A stretch of 64,000 nt of DNA from Fimbriimonadia bacterium (GCA_041483895.1 JBGPGO010000013.1:58196-122195), one strand, 5' to 3'. Shown: positions 40,419 through 50,273, counted from the stretch's first letter. Translations and numbers: made by a program. The notes: generated from the letters alone by a model not told the origin.

Positions 40419-40575
40419 CTCTTTCATTGACGATCGCATCGTCAAGCCTCCGGCGTTTTGTACCACTGGGTTGACGATGCGATCGTCAACGAAAGAGTCA
40501 ACATCGCAGATTATCCCTTCACAGTCGCACTGTGAAGTCGTTAACCTTATCCCTTCACAGTCGCACAGTGAAGGG
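40419..40575. repeat. Four nested short palindromes (one inverted pair + one tandem pair)
   Basis: TTGACGATCGCATCGTCAA (40427) and its inverse (40471); TTATCCCTTCACAGTCGCAC(T/A)GTGAAG at 40511 and 40547. Confidence 0.85.
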
Positions 40576-40717
40576 CTCGTGCCGATTGCCTGGTTCTATC
40601 TACAACCGCGAGCCGATAGCGGCAAAGTGCTGTATGATGTGAACCTGATGCGTTTCCAGGACCACCTGGACGCCACACTGTTTTGCGCCCCTCCCACACA
40701 TCAAAGGGAGACAAGAA

Positions 40718-41278
40718 ATGCTATTGAAGACCATCTTTGCCTGCGCGGTGGCCGCAACGTGCGCCCCTGGCAATGCCACCCCCACGTTCGATCCAGCGAA
40801 CGGCCATTACTACGACCTCATCCCCGGTGCCTACACGTGGACGAACGCGCGCGCCGCGGCCCAGGCGCAGACATATCTCGGCCTGCAGGGTCACCTCGCA
40901 ACCATTACGTCGTCTGTGGAGAATGCATTTGTGAATGGTCTTGGCGACGTGCAGGCGCTGTGGCTCGGCGGGTACCAGCTCCCTGGATCGCAGGAACCGG
41001 CCGGTGGCTGGGTCTGGATTACAGGAGAGGCGTGGTCGTACACGAATTGGGAGCCGGGCGAGCCGAACAACGTGAACGGCATCGAAGACAAGCTCCAGTA
41101 CCATGTTTACGGCGGGCCGGGGAATAGGCATTGGAACGACAATGATGACTCGGGCGGCAGCATTGGCCCTCCTGGGTATGTCGTCGAGTTTGAGGCCGTG
41201 CCAGAACCGAGCGTCGTGATCGGCCTTGCCTTCGCCGCAGTCGTAGTAGGAACCCGGCGGCGGAAATGTGAAGCGTAA
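40718..41278 (+). CDS. C-type-lectin-like PEP-CTERM protein
   Basis: NGHYY, TWTNARAAA, GHLATITS..EN, WLGG, YTNWEPGEPNN, WND; VPEP-TM-RRRK. Confidence 0.88.
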   Translation: MLLKTIFACAVAATCAPGNATPTFDPANGHYYDLIPGAYTWTNARAAAQAQTYLGLQGHLATITSSVENAFVNGLGDVQALWLGGYQLPGSQEPAGGWVWITGEAWSYTNWEPGEPNNVNGIEDKLQYHVYGGPGNRHWNDNDDSGGSIGPPGYVVEFEAVPEPSVVIGLAFAAVVVGTRRRKCEA

Positions 41279-41381
41279 GGCGGGCATTTGCAACTCTAAA
41301 CAACTGGACCGGTTTGGGGGATAAAAACAAGAGGAGAACCGAGGCGGGAAGAGAGCCGCCCCGGTTCTGCTCCAAAGCGAC

Positions 41382-42137
41382 CTATTTGCGTCGTCGCGCG
41401 CCAAGGGCCGCAAGCCCAGCGCCAAACATGAGGATCGACGTTGGCTCAGGCACCGCGCCGCACGTCGATACTTTATTCGTATCCATCGTTACCTCGGCAT
41501 TTCGCGCCAGCGCGCTGCCGCGGAGGATGGTGGCCCGCGTGTTCAGGGTGATTTTTGTCAAAGCGAGGATGTGCCCCGCAAACGCCGTATCGGTATCCAG
41601 GGTCGCCGAACTTCCCACCTGCCAATACACATTGCAGCCGCTACCGCCGTTGATCACTTTGACGGTAGTGTTAGTCCCAGTGATGAGGGTGCTTCCAATC
41701 TGGAAGTCAAAGCGTGCGTTTGGATTCCCTTGCGCGTCGAGGGTCAGTGTTCCGGCGTTGAGGAAAGCCGAGGAGGAAAATTTATAGACACCTGCAAACA
41801 GCGTCATCCCCCCCAAATCTTGGCCGGATAAGTCCAAGTTGAACGCCTCGCCTTGCAAAATGTTATAGGCGGTCGTAACGTCCTCTTGGGCTTTCTTCGC
41901 GACCGCGTCATTCGCGTGGATGGATCCGTTTGTCACGATGCCAGGCGGAAAGCCCGTGATCGCGCTCCCCGGCCAGACCCCTAGGTTTCCAGAGAGCAGG
42001 GTCGGACCAGTGTTCGTGACGGTGGTTCCAGCCAAGACTGCGAAGGTGTCGGCGGTGCCGAGAAACTGAGCCCTGGCTTGCATGTGCAACCCAAGGAAGG
42101 TCAAAGCGGCCATTCCGGCCACTACCCTACGTATCAT
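41382..42137 (-). CDS. DUF3494 ice-binding-family protein with PEP-CTERM anchor
   Basis: FAVLAGTTVTNTGPT, GSAITGFPPG, QDLGGMTL, LTLDAQG, FQIGSTL, VYWQVGSSATL; VPEP-TM-RRRK. Confidence 0.9.
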   Translation of the reverse strand: MIRRVVAGMAALTFLGLHMQARAQFLGTADTFAVLAGTTVTNTGPTLLSGNLGVWPGSAITGFPPGIVTNGSIHANDAVAKKAQEDVTTAYNILQGEAFNLDLSGQDLGGMTLFAGVYKFSSSAFLNAGTLTLDAQGNPNARFDFQIGSTLITGTNTTVKVINGGSGCNVYWQVGSSATLDTDTAFAGHILALTKITLNTRATILRGSALARNAEVTMDTNKVSTCGAVPEPTSILMFGAGLAALGARRRK

Positions 42138-42337
42138 GATGAGTCTCCTTTCGAGCGATCCCGTAAAGCAAAGTTCCCCTCATTCCCTCGTTGGCTTTGA
42201 CCTTGGCGGTGGAACTCAAACTGCCCGCTAAGATTGTAATTGAGGGTCCAGTAGGAACCAGCAAATGTATTCGCGTTCGCGACCGCACAGACCGGTGCGG
42301 CTACAGAAACTGCGGCGATCCAATTGAATCGGTTCAT
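42134..42337 (-). pseudogene. 5' fragment of a paralog of PEP-CTERM gene 4665-5327 (67-aa ORF coupled to the DUF3494 gene)
   Basis: First ~41 aa align with 4665-5327 (MNR.NWI.AVS.AA..C.VANANT.AGS.WTLNYNL.GQ.E); TGA overlaps the next ATG. Confidence 0.8.
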
Positions 42338-42384
42338 GTGTTTTGCACTCCTATGCTGCCGAGGCTAGGAGTTCCTTTTTCACC

Positions 42385-42401
42385 TGCGATAGGCGTGCCA
42401 A
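42385..42401 (-). promoter_or_regulatory. Sigma-54 (-24/-12) promoter
   Basis: Minus strand TTGGCACGCCTATCGCA, 16/17 identical to 5374-5390 at nearly the same spacing. Confidence 0.75.
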
Positions 42402-42946
42402 ACGCGTATCGGAAGGCAGCAAACCGGCACTTCGACGAGGCATTCCCAAAGAACAGCAACGCGGTATACGCTCCAAAACTGCCGGTTGAGAGCGCAGGCG
42501 CGAGGCCGAAAACAAAAGCATTCCAAATCTTCATCCCGGAATCTCCCTTAACCATCAAATTAGTCCCACAACTGAGGCTACGACAATGGACAACTCTGGA
42601 TGAAGAATCGCAGAAGACGTACCTGTACCCATCCAGCAAATAATACAAATGTCCCGCATTTGGAGCGGAATCTAAGCCGAACTTGATCCACCGCCAACTC
42701 TAGTATATTATCAGCAAATCGGTAATTTGTCAAGGGGAAAATTTCATCGCTCATCAAATTCGGAATTGTGTCGGTGTACGCCTACACGTTCAATCTTCCC
42801 AGCCTGCCTTGTCATTGCGTTCTGTGACGACCTGAGAAAGGCCTTCCGCGTCGACCGGATCGACGTGTTCCCCTACAGGAGTCGCTCGCGCTACTTCCAG
42901 CTCATCGACGAGGTTTTATCCCTTGTATGACCTCTTGCCGCTTCGC

Positions 42947-44611
42947 CTATTTCGCCCGCCAACTCAGGCGCCGGACAGAATGCACGGTTGGCCCCCCCGG
43001 CATTCCCGGCGGCAGATTCGACGACAATTTAGGCACTTGATATATGCTAGGAACATTCTTGCCCATGTCGAAGAAACTTGAAACAAATGTGCCCCCAATC
43101 TGGTTCTGCTTTGCGGAAATAATCTTGTTTTGCGCGTAGAATGCGCCGCACATCGTGAGCTGTGCGTCGCCGCCGCCGGTTGCCAATTCTATATTTTTGA
43201 GGGCTACGAGACCGAGCACGGCGCCGGTCGGGAATATGACCCCCGACTTCGGACGCAAGTCGCTATGACAGTAGACGGAGCCTTCGGAAAACAGGGTGCC
43301 GCGCCCATCATAGTTAATTGTTTCTTTGCTGGCTCCGATAGTTAGATCGCCGTTGATCCTCACAATGCCCACGATCGAGATCTTGGCAGGAATTCCCCCT
43401 GCCTTCGGAGTAAACGAGAAGGAATTGCCATGGGAATCGGGTCCATAAGAAAACGCCGCCGTCGAGCCCTTGATCAGCGAAACAGGAACCGTGAGCGAGT
43501 TCAACCGAAGATAATCGGCATAGGTATCATACGTGACGCCAGAACTGGAATCAGTGTATGCTTGTGCGGCAGGTCCGCTGATATACGGAAATTCCACTAG
43601 ATCGCCTAAATCATATTGATGTGTCGAACCGTTATCAGAGTACACATGGCCTGCGCCCTGATTTCCGCCAAAACCATCATTTACGTATGAGCCATCGATG
43701 TGCCCTTTTCCTGTCGCCGTATCGCTTGAATCACCGGCAGAAGCACTCCCACTCAAGCCCACCTTGCCATGCTTGACGCGCAGCTCTGCAAGAAGTGTCT
43801 CCAGATCTTTTCCGCCGACGTTAGTTTTCCCGAGGGCCGGAAGCTGTGCTAAGAGGCTGGCGGGGATGCCGCTATAGTTGTTGCCCATATGGGCGCTTCC
43901 TGAGAAGTCCGAGCTGAGATCGGCGGCGGTAAATGGAGCATCGTAAATGCCATTGCTGTTGACGTCCTTATAAGGCTCGGCTGGATTCCAAGCTCCGTCG
44001 CTGTTTTGGTCCGTAAACGGTTCTCCGGCGTCCCAAACGCCATTACCATTCAAATCCGTAAATGGTTCCGCGCCGTCCCACTGTCCATTGCTGTTCAGGT
44101 CCGTATAATCTTCGCCGTCGCCGAGGATGTGTACCGATCCGCGGATATCGACGTTACCATTGATTGCCTCGCCGGAGGCTCCCATGCCCGCGAAAATTGC
44201 ATTGTTCCAAACGCTGACGTCCTTTGTGCTGACGTATACGCGAACGGAGCTGGGGACACCGCGAACGGTCGCTGTGGAAGTAATCCAGGCGTATCTGGGA
44301 TCGGAGACCTTCGGCGTGATTGCCACCGAACCCGTTGCGCCGCCGATCATCGAGTCGTACACATCTGAGTAGTCCCAGACGACCGATTTGAATTCTCCGT
44401 CTGCGCCCACTGCGGCCATGAGGTCATCTACGGCCAAATCGATGCCGGCTTCGGCAAGGTGGAGCGCCTGGGATCGCACACGCTCGTTGGCTGCCCGCAG
44501 AATGCCGCTTGACGAGTAGAGATAAAGCGCGCCACCCATTAGGATCATGGGCAATGCCAGGAACAATAGCATCATTGTCACGCTCCCTCGGTCGCTGCTC
44601 CTTCTAAGCAA
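42947..44611 (-). CDS. PilX-like minor pilin/adhesin with four Ca-binding repeats
   Basis: RGSVTMMLL prepilin-like start, QALHLAEAGID; four 15-aa E.(F/Y).D.N..G.(W/Y) repeats. Confidence 0.75.
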   Translation of the reverse strand: MLRRSSDRGSVTMMLLFLALPMILMGGALYLYSSSGILRAANERVRSQALHLAEAGIDLAVDDLMAAVGADGEFKSVVWDYSDVYDSMIGGATGSVAITPKVSDPRYAWITSTATVRGVPSSVRVYVSTKDVSVWNNAIFAGMGASGEAINGNVDIRGSVHILGDGEDYTDLNSNGQWDGAEPFTDLNGNGVWDAGEPFTDQNSDGAWNPAEPYKDVNSNGIYDAPFTAADLSSDFSGSAHMGNNYSGIPASLLAQLPALGKTNVGGKDLETLLAELRVKHGKVGLSGSASAGDSSDTATGKGHIDGSYVNDGFGGNQGAGHVYSDNGSTHQYDLGDLVEFPYISGPAAQAYTDSSSGVTYDTYADYLRLNSLTVPVSLIKGSTAAFSYGPDSHGNSFSFTPKAGGIPAKISIVGIVRINGDLTIGASKETINYDGRGTLFSEGSVYCHSDLRPKSGVIFPTGAVLGLVALKNIELATGGGDAQLTMCGAFYAQNKIISAKQNQIGGTFVSSFFDMGKNVPSIYQVPKLSSNLPPGMPGGPTVHSVRRLSWRAK

Positions 44612-44622
44612 ATCTACACCTC

Positions 44623-45201
44623 CTATTCGAAATTGCCGAGGACGACAGTGCCTCGGATGCGCGTATACCGGTATCCCTCGGGACCCTTCTTACGCAAGAT
44701 TAACGTGATCGTGACGGCTCTTCTGGACCCTATCGACGATGTCGCGAACACGGCGTAATTCTTCCCATACTCCGAGGATTTCGGATCGGGATCGATCGAC
44801 GACAGATTTTCGATGACGGACGTGGCCGCACCAGAACCGTCCCGCATGTACATCGTGCCAATCGACACATACAGAGTGTGCGCGATTCCATCGGATTGAA
44901 GCGGTACGACGAATTCGCGCTCTCCCGTCGTCGAATCTGGGGCGTCGGTCAATGCCGGCAATGTATACTGGATGGTCGCACCGTCATTGGTTATGACTGC
45001 GTCTCGCGCATTGCGGAGCAACTTCGAGACCTTGCGCAAACTCGTCGCGGAAGCGGTCGAGATATCAATTTGGGCCATATTACGATTGAACGTTCGGGCC
45101 GCCGATACTTCCATCAACAGTACGCCTGTCAAGATCGCTGACAACAGGCTCAGACCGACCATCAGCTCGAGCAGTGTGAAACCACGCATGCTTCTCGTCA
45201 T
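44623..45201 (-). CDS. PilW-like prepilin
   Basis: RGFTLLELMVGL; TGATG overlap with the upstream gene. Confidence 0.8.
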   Translation of the reverse strand: MTRSMRGFTLLELMVGLSLLSAILTGVLLMEVSAARTFNRNMAQIDISTASATSLRKVSKLLRNARDAVITNDGATIQYTLPALTDAPDSTTGEREFVVPLQSDGIAHTLYVSIGTMYMRDGSGAATSVIENLSSIDPDPKSSEYGKNYAVFATSSIGSRRAVTITLILRKKGPEGYRYTRIRGTVVLGNFE

Positions 45202-45659
45202 CAGTACTTGCCCACGGCCGACGAAAGAACAATTGATCGGCCATTTCCCTCTTTTGTTTTCCATGAGACGATGATCCGGACACCGCGCACACGATTTGAA
45301 ACATCCCAAATCTGACAGGTTCCGTCGCCCTTGTTGAGCGCCGTCGCCGCGCTAAAACGCGTCCCATCGTCCAGGACGACATTCTTGAAGCTATACGGAG
45401 ATTCTGTGGGTTCTGGGTCGATCAATCCCAGATCCAGCAAATGTCCGTCCGACAGATTGTCGTACCCTACCAGTCGAAGGTTCTCCAGTTCTCGCTGCGC
45501 GATAGCGATGGCACGTGAGTAGTCTTCGCCGGTCTTGCCCGATCGGATAGAAGCTGTGTGAAGCGCAACAAAGGCACCTACCAAGATCACCAGTAGGAAG
45601 GTACCGGCCAATATATCCAATAGCAAGAATCCACGGGATCGGCGGAACATGCGTAACAT
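45201..45659 (-). CDS. PilV-like prepilin
   Basis: RGFLLLDILAG, AIAIAQRELENLR...YDNL, IIVSW; GGAGG RBS. Confidence 0.75.
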   Translation of the reverse strand: MLRMFRRSRGFLLLDILAGTFLLVILVGAFVALHTASIRSGKTGEDYSRAIAIAQRELENLRLVGYDNLSDGHLLDLGLIDPEPTESPYSFKNVVLDDGTRFSAATALNKGDGTCQIWDVSNRVRGVRIIVSWKTKEGNGRSIVLSSAVGKY

Positions 45660-45967
45660 GGTCAAGTCCTCCCAACGGCAATCGATACGACAGGGTGATT
45701 TCATTCCTCACATACATCGACCGATCCCCATATGTTCTTCCAGCTTTAGCTCTCTGCTGATCACCAACGAAATGTACAGCGACAGGACGTCCCTGACACT
45801 TCTGACAGGACCTGGGTTACCCTTTTCGATCTTCCGGGTTGGCGATTGAACATGGTATTGGTCCACCGGCTGAAATGCGAGCGGGAATTCCTCTATCCGA
45901 CCATCGGCCCAGCGAACCTTGGGGCCGGAAGGGCCGTAGGTATAATTGGAAGCTGAGGTGAGTTGAA

Positions 45968-46870
45968 ATGTCAGGGACCGAACAAGATATCCAGAAGTCC
46001 ACCTGGCGCACCAAGGTGGGGCTGGCGGAGATGCTCAAGGGCGGCGTCATTATGGACGTCACCAACGTTGAGCAGGCCCGAATTGCCGAAGACGCGGGGG
46101 CTGTGGCGGTCATGGCCCTGGAGCGCGTCCCCGCCGACATCCGGGCGCAAGGCGGAGTGGCCCGCATGTCCGACCCCGCCATGATCCGCGCCATCAAGGC
46201 CGCTGTCTCCATCCCTGTCATGGCCAAGTGCCGCATCGGCCATTTCGTGGAGGCCGAAATTCTGCAGGCCCTCGACATCGACTTCATCGACGAGAGCGAA
46301 GTGCTGACCCCCGCCGACGAAGAGCATCACGTGGACAAGCACCCGTTCCGAATCCCGTTCGTCTGCGGCGCGCGCAACCTCGGGGAGTTCCTGCGGCGCG
46401 TGGCCGAGGGGGCGGCGCTTGTGCGGACCAAGGGCGAGGCCGGAACCGGCGATGTGGTCGAGGCCGTCCGGCACATGAACGCGATCATGAACGATTTCCG
46501 GCGAATCCTGAACGCCCCGGAACGGGAGCTGAGCGCGATCGCCAAAGAGCTGCAGGCGCCGTACGAGCAGGTGGCCGACGTGAAAAAAGAGGGCAAGCTG
46601 CCTGTGCCCAACTTCTCGGCGGGCGGCATCGCGACCCCCGCGGACGCGGCGCTCCTGATGAAGCTCGGCGCGGAATCCGTGTTCGTCGGCAGCGGGATAT
46701 TCAAATCCGAAGACCCGGCGCGGCGGGCCAAGGCAATCGTCCTGGCCGCCACCTATCACGACGATCCGCACAAGCTGGCGGAGATATCGACCGGTTTGGG
46801 CACCCCGATGACGGGAGTTGCCGCAGCCTCGCTGGAAGAGCGGGAGCTTTTGGCCGTCCGTGGGTGGTAA
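45968..46870 (+). CDS. pdxS: Pyridoxal 5'-phosphate synthase lyase subunit
   Basis: [36 protein letters not shown]. Confidence 0.97.
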   Translation: MSGTEQDIQKSTWRTKVGLAEMLKGGVIMDVTNVEQARIAEDAGAVAVMALERVPADIRAQGGVARMSDPAMIRAIKAAVSIPVMAKCRIGHFVEAEILQALDIDFIDESEVLTPADEEHHVDKHPFRIPFVCGARNLGEFLRRVAEGAALVRTKGEAGTGDVVEAVRHMNAIMNDFRRILNAPERELSAIAKELQAPYEQVADVKKEGKLPVPNFSAGGIATPADAALLMKLGAESVFVGSGIFKSEDPARRAKAIVLAATYHDDPHKLAEISTGLGTPMTGVAAASLEERELLAVRGW

Positions 46871-47429
46871 TCCGCCGGTCGGCGTCTTGGCCTTGCAGGG
46901 CGATTTCGACGCGCACATCCAGGCGTTGCAGCGCTTTGGTTTTGGGGCTGTGCCGGTCCGCCGAAAGTCAGAGCTGGATCGGGTGGACCGGCTGATCATC
47001 CCCGGCGGCGAGAGCACGACTGTCTCCAAGCTGCTTGCCTTCGAGGGGCTGGACAAGGCGATTCGGGACAGGGCGGCGGCGGGGATGCCGATTTGGGGCA
47101 CCTGCATGGGCCTTATCGTTATCGCGAAAAACGTCACGAACCGGCTGGTCCCCACGCTCGATTTGTTGGATGCCACTGTGGACCGGAACGCATACGGGTC
47201 GCAGCTGGACAGCTTTGAGGCCGAACTCAACTTTTTGCCCTCTGCCAGTAAGATTCATGGGATCTTTATCCGCGCGCCGAAAATACTAGCAATGGGCGCG
47301 GATGTCGAGGTGGTGGTGACGCACGGAAAGTCGCCGGTTGGAGTGCGCCAAGGATCTTTCCTCGGCACCACATTCCATCCGGAGCTGACGGACGACCCGA
47401 CGGTCCATTCGTACTTTGTCAGTCTTTAA
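46860..47429 (+). CDS. pdxT: Pyridoxal 5'-phosphate synthase glutaminase subunit
   Basis: GVLALQG, PGGEST, GTCMG, FIRAP, FHPEL. Confidence 0.95.
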   Translation: MGGNPPVGVLALQGDFDAHIQALQRFGFGAVPVRRKSELDRVDRLIIPGGESTTVSKLLAFEGLDKAIRDRAAAGMPIWGTCMGLIVIAKNVTNRLVPTLDLLDATVDRNAYGSQLDSFEAELNFLPSASKIHGIFIRAPKILAMGADVEVVVTHGKSPVGVRQGSFLGTTFHPELTDDPTVHSYFVSL

Positions 47430-47476
47430 TCGGGAACGGATAGGTCGGGTTTTGGGGTTAAGAATAGACGAGAGGA

Positions 47477-47566
47477 TTTGTCATTCCGAAGCGAAGCGAG
47501 GAATCTGGTTCCGTCGAAGATCTGGCTGTGGGAAAGGGATTCCTCGCTTCGCTTCGGAATGACAAA
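47477..47566. repeat. TGTCATTCCG-type palindromic repeat, copy 2
   Basis: TTTGTCATTCCGAAGCGAAGCGAGGAATC ... GATTCCTCGCTTCGCTTCGGAATGACAAA. Confidence 0.9.
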
Positions 47567-47605
47567 CTTGGGATTCACTAAGACAGCGCTCGGAGAGGTG
47601 ACGAG

Positions 47606-48856
47606 ATGAGATTGATGCTACGAAGGTTCTTGGCGCCGTGCCTGGCCGCATTGGCGCTCGTTGCGGTTTCCCATGCCGAAGGATTGAGCGTCGAGGCGCG
47701 GGCGAAGGTTTTCGACAAGATCGTTTCGATCCTGAAGACCACCGCCTATCTGCCGGAAGTGACGAACGAGCAGTTGGACAAGGCGGTTGCGGACAATCGG
47801 GACAAGATCATCAACGAGGAGACCGACGCGCGTTTTGGCGCCTCGATTGACCGGTTCCTGGACCAGTGGCATTTTTCTCATATCAATCTGCTGACCCCGA
47901 CGGAGGCGAAGCGCCGCTCGACCCAGAAAATGGTTGGGCTCGGGGTGGAGATGAATACTTCCGGCGGCTCGGTCGAGGTGGTTTACGTCTACCCTGGTTC
48001 CGGCGCCGATGATATCGGTTTGCGGCCCGGCGACAGAATTCTGGAGATCGATGGCGAGCCGTATAGCCGGCTGAAGGGGGCATCCGGGGAGCCGGGAGCG
48101 ACCTTCAGCCTGACATATGCAACCCCCGACGGCGCGAAGCACACACGTCGCGTCGTCCGCAAGAACTTCAATTTGCAGAAGACCGTTGTTGCCAAGATGC
48201 TGGATAACTCGACCGGCTACATCCGCCTCTGGTCCTTTACTCCGTATAGCTACAAAGAGGTGCGCGAGGCGTTTGAAAAGTTGGGGAACGCGCCCAATTT
48301 GGTGGTTGACCTTCGCCTAAACAGCGGCGGTTCCGTGATGAACATGATCGATTTCCTCAGCTATTTCCTTCCGGCCAAAACGCGGATCGGAGCGTTCTAC
48401 AGCAAGCGGGAGGACGGCACCGTTTCCGAGCAGCCGTCGGTGATCGGGACGGCGCGGAAGATGAAGTATCGCGGGCATGTGGCGCTTTTGATCGACGAGG
48501 GATCGGCCAGCGCCAGCGAGATCACCGCCGCGGCTCTGCAAGAAAGCCATCGTGCGGTTGTGGTTGGCCACCGGTCCGCGCGGGCAGTGCTCTCTTCCAC
48601 CTTCGTTTCGATTGGAGAGGGCTACCAGCTGCAGATTCCCATCGCGGACTATAAGACTGTCGCCGGTGTGCGGTTGGAAGGCAATGGCGTGACGCCGGAC
48701 CTGGTCATGGAGCGGATGCCGAGGGTGCTGCCGAACGAGCCGGACGAGGTAGTCGACACCGCGCGCCGCGTCCTGCTGGGCGAAGTGAAGGTGCCGCCGA
48801 AGTCGGACGCCCAGACGCTGCACACGCAAAGGGTCAGCCGCCCGCGCAGAGGCTGA
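47606..48856 (+). CDS. S41 family C-terminal processing peptidase with PDZ domain
   Basis: GLGVE, GLRPGDRILEIDG, DLRLNSGG, SASASE, LEGNGVTPD. Confidence 0.88.
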   Translation: MRLMLRRFLAPCLAALALVAVSHAEGLSVEARAKVFDKIVSILKTTAYLPEVTNEQLDKAVADNRDKIINEETDARFGASIDRFLDQWHFSHINLLTPTEAKRRSTQKMVGLGVEMNTSGGSVEVVYVYPGSGADDIGLRPGDRILEIDGEPYSRLKGASGEPGATFSLTYATPDGAKHTRRVVRKNFNLQKTVVAKMLDNSTGYIRLWSFTPYSYKEVREAFEKLGNAPNLVVDLRLNSGGSVMNMIDFLSYFLPAKTRIGAFYSKREDGTVSEQPSVIGTARKMKYRGHVALLIDEGSASASEITAAALQESHRAVVVGHRSARAVLSSTFVSIGEGYQLQIPIADYKTVAGVRLEGNGVTPDLVMERMPRVLPNEPDEVVDTARRVLLGEVKVPPKSDAQTLHTQRVSRPRRG

Positions 48857-48926
48857 TGTCGTTGTAAATAAGGGCATGAATGGGGCGGAGGACTGTGCCA
48901 CACTATAACTTTGGGGAGGTGGCGAT

Positions 48927-50048
48927 ATGGTCACGAAGGCCCAGTTTGAAGAACTGTTGGAAAGCCGCGAGGGCCGGCATCTGTCTCTCTACATGCCCAT
49001 CCATCGCAGCAGCGCGGAGGGCGAACAGGACCGGACGTTGCTCAAGAATCTGCTGCAACAAGCCGCGCGTTCTTTGACGGGCGAGGACCTCATCGGCAAT
49101 GATGCGTCCCGAATCCTTGCGCCGGCCATTAAACTGCTTGACGTGCCTATCTTGTGGCATGCGAACGGAGATGGCTTCGGTCTGTTCCTGGCCCCTGGTT
49201 TCTTCCGTACGATACAGCTATCCGGGTCATGCTCGGAGAAGGTGGTTGTCGGCCGGCGGTTCCATGTGCTTCCGCTCCTGCCGGAGATATCGGACGGCGG
49301 CCAGTTCTTTGTGCTCGCTTTGGATGAAAATCACGTTCGGTCGTTCCGAGGCGATCGTTATCGGCTGGTAGAGTTCGAGCCGCCGGGGCTGGCGGAAAGC
49401 TTGGCCGAGGTGATGAAGCTGGACGATCCGCAGAAGGAGCTTCAGTACCATGCGACCGCGAAGGGCGGGTGGCCGATGTTTCACGGGAATGCTGGCGGGT
49501 CGGATGATATGGAGCGGCAAGTGCAACGGTTTTGCGAGGTAGTGGACCAGGGGTTGCATCCGCTCTTGCGCGAGACGACCGCGCCTTTGGTCCTGGCCGC
49601 GACGGTGGATTTGGCGGCGGAGTATCGGAAGGTCACGCATTACGGGCACGTTTGGCCGCACGTGATCGAGGGCAGTCCGAAGATGCTGACCACGGAGACG
49701 CTGTATGGGAAGGCGACCGAGCTTTTGGGCGCGTATTTCTTCTCTGGATTTGGGAACGCGTTGGACAGATACCATGAGTTGGCGGGTACCGGCCAGACGT
49801 CTTTGGATGCGGCGGAAATCTGCGCGGCGGCGTGGCAGGGCCGGGTGGCTGACCTGATTGTGGAGCCATCCGCGTGCGTGATGGGGATGATGGACGACGC
49901 GACCGGTTCCGCGCGGCTTTCAGACGAAGGGGAAAATTTGGTCAACGTTGCGGCGATCTACGCGTTTAAGAACCGCGCTGGCGTCTTTTCCGCGCCCCCC
50001 TCCGGTCTGCCGGACCTCGGCCCCCTCGCGGCGACATTTCGGTACTAG
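48927..50048 (+). CDS. Bacterial aeRF1-like (baeRF3/7-type) protein
   Basis: LSLYMPIH, LKNLL, RFHVLPLLP, FFVLALD, PLVLAA, AAWQGRVADL pattern; no GGQ. Confidence 0.75.
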   Translation: MVTKAQFEELLESREGRHLSLYMPIHRSSAEGEQDRTLLKNLLQQAARSLTGEDLIGNDASRILAPAIKLLDVPILWHANGDGFGLFLAPGFFRTIQLSGSCSEKVVVGRRFHVLPLLPEISDGGQFFVLALDENHVRSFRGDRYRLVEFEPPGLAESLAEVMKLDDPQKELQYHATAKGGWPMFHGNAGGSDDMERQVQRFCEVVDQGLHPLLRETTAPLVLAATVDLAAEYRKVTHYGHVWPHVIEGSPKMLTTETLYGKATELLGAYFFSGFGNALDRYHELAGTGQTSLDAAEICAAAWQGRVADLIVEPSACVMGMMDDATGSARLSDEGENLVNVAAIYAFKNRAGVFSAPPSGLPDLGPLAATFRY

Positions 50049-50068
50049 GCGCCGGGAGGGGAACGACT

Positions 50069-50097
50069 TTATCCCGTGACGATTGCATCGCCACGGG
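50069..50097. repeat. Short palindrome variant
   Basis: TTATCCCGTGACGATTGCATCGCCACGGG. Confidence 0.65.
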
Positions 50098-50100
50098 TAG

Positions 50101-50260
50101 TTGTCATTCCGAGCATTTCGGGGATTCCCTTTTGGGCCGCCAGGCTCTGTCATTCCGAAGCGGAGCGAGGAATCCCTTTCAGAACCCATCTGCCGGCAAC
50201 CCCAAATCGTAGTAGCTGGGAGGCCCAGAAAGGGATTCCTCGCTTCGCGTCGGAATGACA
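50101..50260. repeat. TGTCATTCCG-type palindromic repeat, copy 3 (plus a half copy at 50101)
   Basis: TGTCATTCCGAAGCGGAGCGAGGAATCCCTTTC (50148) ... GAAAGGGATTCCTCGCTTCGCGTCGGAATGACA (50260). Confidence 0.9.
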
Positions 50261-50273
50261 AACCTCCATATAC

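Noticed and set aside
40511..40575. 36-bp-period direct repeats as a mini-CRISPR
   Set aside because: Only two units with a ~9-nt spacer and no cas genes in the window
42402..42930. Short ORFs 42334-42648, 42191-42643 and 42727-42930 (the last faintly nucleotidyltransferase-like)
   Set aside because: No RBS or convincing motif; possibly remnants but not supportable
45860..45950. Possible c-di-AMP (ydaO) riboswitch fragments (GCTGAA, TTGGGG, GTAGG)
   Set aside because: The downstream CCCGAACCCGTCAGCTAAC core is missing
45971..47230. 419-aa ORF antisense to pdxS/pdxT
   Set aside because: Shadow of two conserved genes
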